Assembly: GCF_002105155.1 (NCBI RefSeq)
Contig: NW_019028991.1
Location: 806,001-847,032, forward strand
Direction: 5' to 3'
DNA: 41,032 bases
Source: Lobosporangium transversale
Taxonomy: Eukaryota
Part shown: piece by piece, positions 1 through 9,504 of the stretch
Layout: each line of letters starts with the position of its first letter
How positions within the stretch are numbered: the first letter of the stretch is position 1
Translations under genes and position numbers: made by a program
The notes under the pieces: model-generated
Seen by the model: only the letters and a program-made list of their open reading frames with translations
What the model was told of the DNA's origin: nothing
Databases searched by the model: none

Positions 1-1583
1 ATGTCTAGATCAGCCCAATTGACACCCACCCTAGTCTCGAGTCCATTTACAAACCCGTCGATAGAGCCCTGTGGCTCAATGATATTACCAACGGATGCCG
101 AAGAGGATATAAGAGTTGCTGTTGTATGCTCGAAATAACGTCTCATAAAAGGAATTGCTTGATGATGTGGTGAGGATAACCACGAGACAGATCTAGCAGG
201 CCTAGGTGGGGACACAAAATCAGAGGCAGACATTAAATCAACCCCATCTTGAGTAAAACCAGGATCAGGAGATGATGATTGAGGCACTGATAACGGGAAA
301 CTTGGGCCTCCACTCTCGTGATAAGCCCTATCGCCGTCTGACAATGTAAGCTGATGATTCTGTCGTTGATGTAGCTGTTGGTAGTGATGATGGGGATGTC
401 GAGTGTCTCTATCGTCAGATCGTGCTATAGCAACAGATGTGAGCATTTGATCCTCAGCGTCCCGAGGCTCAGGTGACCTAGCAATCGAAGTGTGCGGATG
501 GTGATGGGCCAGAGAGCCAGGCGTCAAGAGATGAGAGTTTTGTAGATAAGCAAGCGGTAATGGAGCTGTGCGATGCCGCCGCAGTATGGGAGCAGGATCT
601 GAGAAAGGGCCTTGGCTCATCCTTGTCTGATTTTGAGCTGTAGGTGAGGGTGGGAGCAGCGCAGCGGCATGCTCATGCTCCAATAGCCGCTGTTCACGCT
701 GTAGTCGTTGTTGTTGTTGTTGCACAAGCCGTTGACGGAGACCAAGATTATATTCACTCTGGACGCGTCTGATCTGTAGCGCGACTGGTTCATTTGCCTG
801 CGGTAGATCAGAAGGTAACGACACTTCCCTGATCATCGGGGTTGATAATGCAAGGAATCGTGATAGTGTGTGATGTTGCTGCTGGCTCGGTCCTGTAGTT
901 GTAAGTGATGGTATCGAAGGCGGTGATAACTGATACGGGGAGCGAGAGTGAGAGGGATGTGGCTGTAGCAGTCGATTCCAGTCTTGTGCATAATTAATGT
1001 CGCCAAGTGATGACGACTGCCGCATTTGCTCTGCAGACTCATGTCCCTCATGCTCGTCCTCGTGCTCATATTCTCTATTCTCACCACCGACGGCAGATGT
1101 GGTTAAAGAAAGGCGAGGTCCATACTCTGTATTTTGATCATCGTCATTATTGTTGCTGTCATCACTGTCGCTATTGTAGTTGTTATAGTTGCTTTGTCCA
1201 TTAGGCAGATCCCAGTCATATTCAGTATTGTTAATAGAGAGGGGCTCACGAGGAAGTGAGACTGCTGCGCCATTTTGCCTGGCTTGCCGCAATGTAGGTC
1301 GATGTGACAGTCTTGGCGTTGCTACTTGGATATTTGACTCATGAAAAATAACAATTCTGTCATTGCCGAATGTTACATCAATCTCTTCGTTGAGTTGGCT
1401 GGATACGATGTTGGAAGGTGGGGACGATGAGGAAGATGGTAAATGTGGGTATATAGGTGTTGATAAAGGTGACAGCTCTACCGAAGTAGGCATTAATAGT
1501 AGGTTAGTCGGGGAAGCAGAAGAGGGATTAGCGTTTGATGGAGAGTCCTGTGATTCAAACTTGGCTTCTATTGTGATCCCCAT
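1..1583 (-). CDS. Hypothetical Ser/Pro/His/Gln-rich low-complexity protein, 3'-truncated by the window edge (>527 aa)
   Basis: Manual translation of the minus strand from ATG at 1583 (MGITIEAKFESQDSPSNANP...) stays open to base 1 (...ETRVGVNWADLD). It is absent from the ORF track because no stop lies in the window. The true start could be further upstream via splicing. Confidence 0.75.
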   Translation of the reverse strand, partial: MGITIEAKFESQDSPSNANPSSASPTNLLLMPTSVELSPLSTPIYPHLPSSSSSPPSNIVSSQLNEEIDVTFGNDRIVIFHESNIQVATPRLSHRPTLRQARQNGAAVSLPREPLSINNTEYDWDLPNGQSNYNNYNSDSDDSNNNDDDQNTEYGPRLSLTTSAVGGENREYEHEDEHEGHESAEQMRQSSSLGDINYAQDWNRLLQPHPSHSRSPYQLSPPSIPSLTTTGPSQQQHHTLSRFLALSTPMIREVSLPSDLPQANEPVALQIRRVQSEYNLGLRQRLVQQQQQRLQREQRLLEHEHAAALLPPSPTAQNQTRMSQGPFSDPAPILRRHRTAPLPLAYLQNSHLLTPGSLAHHHPHTSIARSPEPRDAEDQMLTSVAIARSDDRDTRHPHHHYQQLHQRQNHQLTLSDGDRAYHESGGPSFPLSVPQSSSPDPGFTQDGVDLMSASDFVSPPRPARSVSWLSSPHHQAIPFMRRYFEHTTATLISSSASVGNIIEPQGSIDGFVNGLETRVGVNWADLD

Positions 1584-1842
1584 GGTAGAGTCTATATTGG
1601 GGGAAGTTGGAGTTCCACAGTTATTTCTGCTATTGCTCTCGGTACGGAAGATGACAATATCCAATATGAGGCGCTTGAGGCTCTAGAGCCAGGGGCAGCG
1701 ATGCAGGACAGAGAGAGCCTGTAACGACTGCGGATACGTTTGGTAAACGTTCACAAAGCCCTATAACCTAGGGACACGTTTTAGGAAGACTTGGAAGGAA
1801 AGCGACTCTAATAGGACGGATGTAAGCCAAAGATGACTCGCT

Positions 1843-1890
1843 GTGATGATGATGATGGTGATGATGATGATGATGATGGTGATGATGATG
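1843..1890. repeat. (TGA/TGG)n trinucleotide microsatellite, about 16 units
   Basis: tgtgatgatgatgatggtgatgatgatgatgatgatggtgatgatgatg seen directly; it lies upstream of the minus-strand ORF and is separated from it by stops. Confidence 0.9.
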
Positions 1891-3390
1891 GGCTATTATT
1901 GCTGGTGAATAATAATAAGGTATAAAGTTGAGTGAAGTCCAGGAGGCGTTTTTTTGCTTTGTGGTATTGAAGAATGAAAAGAGAAAAGAGAAAAAAAAAA
2001 TTCGTTGTCAGGTTAGGACAGGATTAAAGGACGGAAATAAAAAAAAATCTTGATTCATCAAAGGACGTTAAAAAGAACTAAAATTAATAAGCCTTGCTTC
2101 AAAAGATCCTTTTTTGACCTGAGCATTGACCACACAAAATAAGAAAGTAGCAACGGCTCAAGGGTCAAACTAAGCCTATTGTAGTTCATGTTTCTCCATG
2201 TATCCATGTATTTATAAAAGATAATGACCGTTTTTGCTTGAAGTGAGGCACATGGAGTGCGATTAGGCGTTACTCCTGAATTTCCCCGAATGAAGGGGTC
2301 GTAAGCCAATGATGAAGCAGCTTATACTTTGCCTGTTGCCTATATAAAAGAAGACTGAAGGACCAATACCCTTACTACAACTTCAAATCCCATCATGCAA
2401 TGCTGAATAATATAGTGGTTTAGAACTGGGCCCTCTCTCTCTCACACACACACAAAAAAAAAAGCTTAATTCCCGCTAGGATCATACGATTCTGCAAACA
2501 TCGTACATGCCACTAATAGCGACTACGCTCATCTGTTTTGGAGGAGGAGGCCAGTCCATGAAAGTTGAGGACGTTTGGTAAAAATTTCCCGACTTTTACG
2601 TTGTGCTTTGAAATATTCTAATGTCCCAAAACAGAGGGGTGGAGGAAAAAGGGAGAAAAAGGGATCGTTTTATTCCAGGAGAATGGATCGCTTTACGGAT
2701 TGCCTAGAATCTTCTTTATGGAAACACGATCCATCGACTTAAATAAGTATTAATATGGTCTGGTTTTTTACGATCTTCAGTAATTCACAAGATAAAATGT
2801 AGAGGCTCGCAACCAAATCGATCGAACGAAACGGAGAACACTACCACTTATTTAAACTGTATTATAAATAGCATTGCACAAACTATGATGAATTGGTTCA
2901 ATGCATGGTGATTTACCTTTGATTGGCACTAGAACTATCCCAAGGAAATAAAAAAAGACCAATCAGGAGTAGCTTAGATGGACATCAGTACACTGGAGAT
3001 ATAGCAGAAAAGACTTTAATTGAGATACTTTTCCATTGTGCGTTTTCAAATGAACCTTTGAAGAAAAACGCGTCTGGAGTAAAAAAAGAAACTCCGCTAA
3101 TGAACGTGTCTGTGCTCGTAAAAGAACCTTAAAAACAAATATTACACATGTAAACAGGGAGGGAGATTCCCTGAAAGTACGAAAAACAGAGTCATTGCTC
3201 CTGCATGTGGATTTAGTTTTGGCATTGCTATTGCATCGACAAAACATTCATTACTGCTCACGCAAACATGAAAGAGAAATGCAAATAAACGTCGGAGAAT
3301 ACTCCAAAAGAACTGCCTTTTGTGTACTCCTTTGTACCTTTATCAATGCTCATTTTTATTACCACCATTTTGTCAATTAAGAAATCGAGC

Positions 3391-4594
3391 CTATTGAATA
3401 CTCACCTCGCCTTTGTTTAAATGCATGTAATGCAAACAAGAAGCGAGTAGCCTTTCTTTATCATCAAGTCCACGTCCGATGAAGACAACTTTCCCTGCAT
3501 TCACCAGTTCCTCTTGACTAGGCCCAGAAGTCGTAGCATCTTTAATATCATATAGCTCTTGCACCCCCTGAATGACGGCTCTAGTTCCGATTGGCCGACC
3601 CGAAGGCTTCAAAATCCCTTTGACACGTAGGATATCTAGTTTAACCGCAGTATTATTGATGGCCGTGTCTTCTGAGGCCGATGACAAGATTGGAGTTGTA
3701 AATTCAGGAGTATCAGGAATCTGATGCTCCCAAAGCAGCATCTGAAGCCAATGCTCAAAAAGCTTTTGATCCACAGTTGTGGTGTTGAAGTTTAACGTTG
3801 TTGTCTTGATTGACTATGAATCCATAAAAAATAAAAAAATAAAAATAAGTCCATAACCATATGAATGTAAAAATATCTCTTGGAAGCATTTGATAACAAC
3901 ATCTACCCGTTTATACCTGATCCAAGTGTCGCGACTGCTGCTTGCTTTTTGTGTGCTCATGCCCACATGCCTCACCATGTACATGATTCGGATCATTATG
4001 TTGATCATGGTCATTGTCGACAGCTCCTTGCTTTTTAAGCACAAGATCAGCCTGCTCCAACTCTCGGGCTCGAACTGCATCAAATGCTGCAATATCAAGG
4101 ATAAACCTCAGGTCGACCTTTGAGTGTTGCGTCCGCACAATTTGTGCTACACCATTCATGGCTCTACAATCTTCCTCCAATTGATCCACGGCTTCTTTGC
4201 TGATAAGATCTGTCTTGTTGAGAATTAGTCGATCTGCCATGGCGATCTGTTTTGCAGTTTCGTTTAAGCTACCATCCTCCTTTTTGACTTCAAGTTCCTG
4301 TAAATAGAAAAGTGTAAATACATTAATAATAAAGAATAACTGAATTCCTTTTTTTATAAAAAACATTATCCTTTTTAGTTACCTTCCGGACATTCTTGGA
4401 GTCTACCACAGTAACAATGCCGTCGAGGTAGATATCACTTCCAAGATCGTCATCCATCCAAAAGATAGAAGCAATGGGTCCTGGATCAGCCAATCCTGTG
4501 GTTTCGAGTAAAATATAATCAAACTTGCCCTTTTTCTTCATCAAGTTTTCAATCGCTACTACTCCATTGTCTCTATATGACATGGTGTAACCCG

Positions 4595-4628
<34 letters not shown>

Positions 4629-4667
4629 CATTGCTGAGCGATTTGACTTTATATTGAAGTAAAATGA

Positions 4668-4705
<38 letters not shown>

Positions 4706-5150
4706 AGGCATACTTGACAGTACAACAGAGGCACCCATTCTTCAACTCCAACCATTCCTCCACTACTTCGCCTCCCATACCCACATTCATGGCTTGATCT
4801 ATTCCGCCAGTGTCTCCAAACTCGTTCAGAATCACTGCTACTTTAAAGTTATGCTTCTCTGTCAAGATATAATCCAATAATGTTGATTTTCCAGAGCCTA
4901 AAAAGCCTGTGATGATAGTAATGGGTATCTTTTTTTTCGGAACACCATCGTCGGCTACTGTTGCAACTTTTGTTGCATTGATGACATTAGTATCTGTAGC
5001 TGGCGCTTCAATCAGATCAGGCATTTGCTCGTCGTCGTCGTCCACGAAACCGCTGCTGCTGTCGTTTAAGGCCATATCCCTATCAAGGTCCTTGGTGTCT
5101 AAAGGCACAGCCAAAGGTGGGTGTGAATCCTCGTTGTCTGAATGACTCAT
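3391..5150 (-). CDS. ZNG1: CobW/COG0523 zinc-metallochaperone GTPase (ZNG1/CBWD family), about 476 aa
   Basis: Exons 5150-4714, 4572-4383, 4297-3917, 3813-3391, all GT-AG and frame-consistent (1431 nt). Motifs: Walker [18 protein letters not shown] metal site, [12 protein letters not shown], a His-rich linker and the CobW_C motif LRVKG...VIQGVQELY...VFIGRGL. Confidence 0.93.
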
Positions 5151-5393
5151 TTTCCACCGAAATGATTCTTATTTTTTTGGTGAATGGTTTTAAAAGTTGA
5201 ATGAGACGTTTGGCATTTTACCAGGAATTCGTGACTGCCTCATAATGTCGGGCCTAAAATGAGGGTTCAAAAGTTCGGTTATGATGACATGTTGGCCAAC
5301 CTAGTCTGTTATTTTCATTAGTCCAGGATCAAGTTTTATTGTTACTCTATGTTAAAGGGAGGTACTCTTTTTTAAATGTTCTTATACATTTTT

Positions 5394-7118
5394 TCACCAA
5401 TCATCGCCTTCGTCTTGCAGATTGGTCACTGCTCCTACTGCAAACAATCCAATGTTGGTGGTCAGATGCATACCCAACCCTGTGTACAAACCACGAACTC
5501 CCCACGCAGAGTACCAGGGTCTTGGCTGAACTGCAGTAGTGCTCAGTCTCTGTTCACCATTTGGTCCCTTAACAACCTTGGTCGTTGACACTCGTTTATG
5601 ATGGCTGCCTTCCTCCTTAATGATCCTATATATACAATCCACCATACCATAATACTGCCGCTTTCTTGTCTCAACAACAGTACGATATTTCTTGCTGGAA
5701 GAAGAAGCTTGACGATCCTTACGCTGGATCTGAATCTGAAGACGCTTCCTGACGGTCTCAATAGGCAAACGGATCAAGAGCTCAATAGTATTCAATCCCA
5801 ATTCGGCTAAAGAATACAGCACCGGTGAATCTGCCGCTGAGAGTTTAAAGACTCTGTCAATGATCAAGGGAATCGAATTTGAGAGTAAAGGAGTCAATGT
5901 ATGGTAAATCAATGTCGGGAATAGGTTGACACCGCCCCACAACGCTGACGCGCCCTCCTCTTGAATGATTGTTGTAATACAGTTGATCATGCCACTGTAT
6001 TTGCGCTGCAATGGGTTAGCAGTTTGTACAATTAATCGTGTTCGTACGAGCTCCAATGGTGAGAGAATAAAGCCGACCACAAGATGACTAGTGACCATTG
6101 TCGCAATATTGGGACCAACATGATCCAAGTGGACGAGAGGAATGGTATCGTCGTAAAGATCAAACGTGTCATTCAGAGTCGCTTCCAATGTTGGCTGCGC
6201 GAACAGGTGTAGCATTTCGTAGATCCAGTTGGTAAATTGACCTATTTACAGGAAATCGTACGAACAAATTTGCAGATGTTATCAGTCTTCAACTCTGGTA
6301 TACCATATGTGACAGAGGTAAAACATATCTTCTTTTCTATTTACCTTTCCAGAGTGACAACCAGCCTTCTGTAGGATGCTTTGCCAAATCGGTAACAGCC
6401 TTCCAGACACCTCCTTCGATTGGCGCCATTTGGTATGTCGGGCGAGTTGCCTCATCATAAACGCTGCTTCGGAAGACAAAATCGGATGTTGTTGCCGTTG
6501 TTGTAATATGTGAACGAGAGTCTTGACCATATGGGGACCGAGACAACGCGTATTCGCTGCTGTTCAAATTACCATATTGATTAGAATAATAGTTTCCTGA
6601 TGTAGAAGAATAAACGCCCGTGCGTTCATAGTATTCTCGCTCTGCTTGCTCTGCCGCCGCCCTTCTAGCCTCTTCCTCCCGCCGGGCCTGTATGGAGAAC
6701 GATGTTGAAAATATGAGATTTAGAACCCATCAATAATTAATAGAAAACGTTTTCGCTTTGTCAAAAAAGTTTCTGATTCTTTTTTTACCATCTCAGCAAG
6801 ATCGTCTTCATCACCGTTGAAGCCATCATCGTTCGGCAAGTACTGAACCTGCAGGAGGGTCTGGCCAGCTTCAAACGGGGCTGCGATGGCAAGAGTCATG
6901 TACTTGACTAGGCCATAACTAGCAAGCTCCTTAGCTGCAGCCTGTGAGTTGATTTCACCCTGAGAAGTAAGTTCTTCTTCAAGCGCAACGGATGAAAGAG
7001 TGTTGTTGTAATAGGACTGCAATGGTGAGTCAGAGCCGGTATAGTATGGACGGAGTGGGTTAGGTGCATTAGCATTAGGTGCACCGCTGGGTGGTGGGAA
7101 GTTGTAATGTGAGGACAT
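5394..7118 (-). CDS. UGO1: Mitochondrial outer-membrane fusion protein Ugo1 / SLC25A46-like degenerate carrier, about 506 aa
   Basis: Exons 7118-6789, 6687-6345, 6241-5394 (1521 nt). The N-terminal NPLRPYY motif is typical of fungal Ugo1. Carrier signatures: PFEAGQTLLQVQ, EGWLSLWKG, PLELVRTRLIVQ, PIETVRKRLQIQ, GVRGLYTG. Confidence 0.88.
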
Positions 7119-7358
7119 GAATTACTGATGTGGGTTCTTTTATCCTTGGGAGTGATCAAAGATTTACAGGTCGTTTCCTGGGATGGTTGGAGGTTGGGGA
7201 GGAATAATTATTTCGCATGAGAGGCACGGAGGAATCAGATTACACGCGCAACCCCAAAAATGGAAATTTGCTGGTGAGATCAACTTTGCTCGTACCATTT
7301 TTGAGCTTCCTTTCCTTTCCCTCCCTTCTTTCTTACATTTCTTCATTCCGCATGTTGA
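7119..7358. promoter_or_regulatory. Probable compact bidirectional promoter between UGO1 and the rnpA-like gene
   Basis: Only 240 bp separate the divergent ATGs at 7118 (-) and 7359 (+); a pyrimidine-rich tract lies at about 7305-7350. Confidence 0.55.
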
Positions 7359-8863
7359 ATGTTTGTCATGAGCATACCATGCACTAGGCTTATATTAAGG
7401 ATCGCTACTGGGATAAATTATCCAGCCCTTGGTCTACAGCGATACCCAGCTGTAGTATTGATTCCAAGGCAGTATTCAACTGATACAGGAGCTGTCAAAC
7501 ATACTAAGGCAAAGCATGTGGCCATAAAGCGAAAGCATGGGCATGACGCATTTCAATTTCATCGGACACAGAAGCAGGTCACCACTACAAATGATCGGAT
7601 GAAGGCAGATCGCGGCTCTCTATCTAAAAGTATCAACAATATCACAACCTCACAAAAAAAATGGCCTACCAGCTTTAATGTGATATCCGAAAATGAGCGG
7701 GTAAGCACATTTTAGCCGATTCAAAAAGAAGAATGGCAGTGATAACCCATGATAAACTCTAATTTTTTTGTGGGAATGTTCACTTCTTGTTAAATATCAG
7801 ATCGAGGGTTTGGATAAGGAGGCAGTTCAAGGATTGTTTGTACAAAGGACCAATACATATACTTTAACTACCAAAGCTTTCTCCATTAAAGCCGGTCGCA
7901 TGCCCTTCAGGGAGCCACCACCTGGTAAGATATTAAAGCTACAGCTGCTTTTATATGAAGTAGTAGCTCATTCTAAATCACTTTTTTTTATATGTGTAAC
8001 TATTAGTCAACATTCCACTATTTGTTCAAAAGGCTATAGATGAACACGATAAGGCCATGAAACGCTACTATAAAGAATTACAAGGACTCAAGGAAAAGGC
8101 ATTAAACCAAGGCCAAGATGAACCATTAAATCAAATGCCCGGGCTTCCTCCTCTTCCAACACCACATCCATTTATCTTACAATATCAGCTTCGTAATCTC
8201 CGCAAGTATCCTCCAACAATTCATGCACCTCACCCACCATTCCGTGTCACCTATGTTACCTCCAAAAAGACCATATCCAAATCGTCTGTCCACCGGAATT
8301 TTGCGAGAAAAAAATTGGCCGCTGCTGTCGAAACGGTCTTTCGAGATCATGCTCGACCAGGTTATGAGTTTATGATTTTCGCAAAGCCAGATTGCATCAC
8401 TACCCCACAAGCAGAGCTGGTCGACCTTATGATCAAAGCAGTGCGTGATCCTATCTTGTATGGGGAAAAGTCCTCAAGGAGAAAACTTCCAGCTGCTGCT
8501 CATCTCCAAAATAATGATCAGAAAGGAGACATCAATAACAGTTGCAGGGATAAGAGAAGGACACCTCCTTTGAGCGCAGACAATATCGATCAAATTCAGC
8601 CTCAGAATACTAAAAGTCTAGGAAGTGTTCATAGCCAACGAAAGTTCCCGAATGAACATCAAATCGTGACGATACGATGGAAGAATAATCGACCGCCGCT
8701 GTATAGAAGGTGGTGGAAGCATGCCATGCCCAACCCTTTAGGTCGCACTCAACAAAGTGATGCCTATCTAGACAGACTCTGTCGTAAAGAATCAAATCTC
8801 CCAGGTTCAACTTTAGAAGAGAATAGTGTGCTGCCAATCAATCAAAAGATAAAGACAAAATAA
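7359..8863 (+). CDS. rnpA: Bacterial-type RNase P protein (RnpA)-like protein with predicted mitochondrial presequence, about 440 aa
   Basis: Exons 7359-7700, 7801-7924, 8007-8863 (gtaagc..cag, gtaaga..tag; 1323 nt, frame-consistent). The core at 8240-8445, FRVTYVTSKKTISKSSVHRNFARKKLAAAVETVFRDHARPGYEFMIFAKPDCITTPQAELVDLMIKAV, follows the RnpA pattern RxGxxVSKK-x-x-AVxRNRxKRRLR...PGxDxVxIAR...FxxLxxxL. The N-terminus is Arg-containing, acid-free and ends in RQY|ST. Confidence 0.78.
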
Positions 8864-8931
8864 GAAACGATCAACTTGTTTTTTGTTTTCTTGTTTTTAT
8901 TCGAGAGTATGTGTCATCCTATAAAATTTGA

Positions 8932-9466
8932 TTATGCGTTATTATTATTGTCGGTGTTATTATTATCAGTATTGTTTTCAGGCGCTGCAGTTGCAGCTGG
9001 CTCATCAAACGAGAAGCAGCTGGCGTTTGCCAAGATAGCCATAGAACGAATCTTGGTCAATACATCTGCTGACTCAAGAACGGATGCTGGTAACGCTGGA
9101 TAAGACATCGGGAGATACTAGAAAAAAAAGAAAAAAAAAAAGAAAAAAAGAAAAAAAAAATGGAAGAGGACAAAGAGGAAAAGTGTTAAAATACAAATTA
9201 TTAACTCAACCTTTTTTCTTATTCAGTCAATGGAGTCATAATTGCTAATAACTATGCAAGTACCTTGGGCTCAGTAAAGGCAACATGAGCTTTAAGAATA
9301 ATATAACATAAAGCAAACCGGATCATGAACTGGCGAAGGAATTCGTCTTGTAGGAAACGTCGCAAAGATTTATCTATAATAGATGAACGCCCAACGATGG
9401 AAGGAACTTTTTTTTTAGATCTACTCAAGGCCCTCCTTGTGCATCAAAATGTAATATACATGAACA

Positions 9467-9504
<38 letters not shown>

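Noticed and set aside
1843..1890. Possible poly-His/poly-Ser coding tract on the minus strand
   Set aside because: Stops lie between it and the long ORF and I found no supported splice joining them; treated as a microsatellite.
2341..2410. TATA-like TATATAAAAG followed by an ATG
   Set aside because: The ATG is followed by a stop after three codons and no downstream exon is evident.
7359..8863. rnpA-like gene as bacterial or endosymbiont contamination
   Set aside because: It has two canonical introns, a eukaryotic presequence and tightly packed fungal neighbours.
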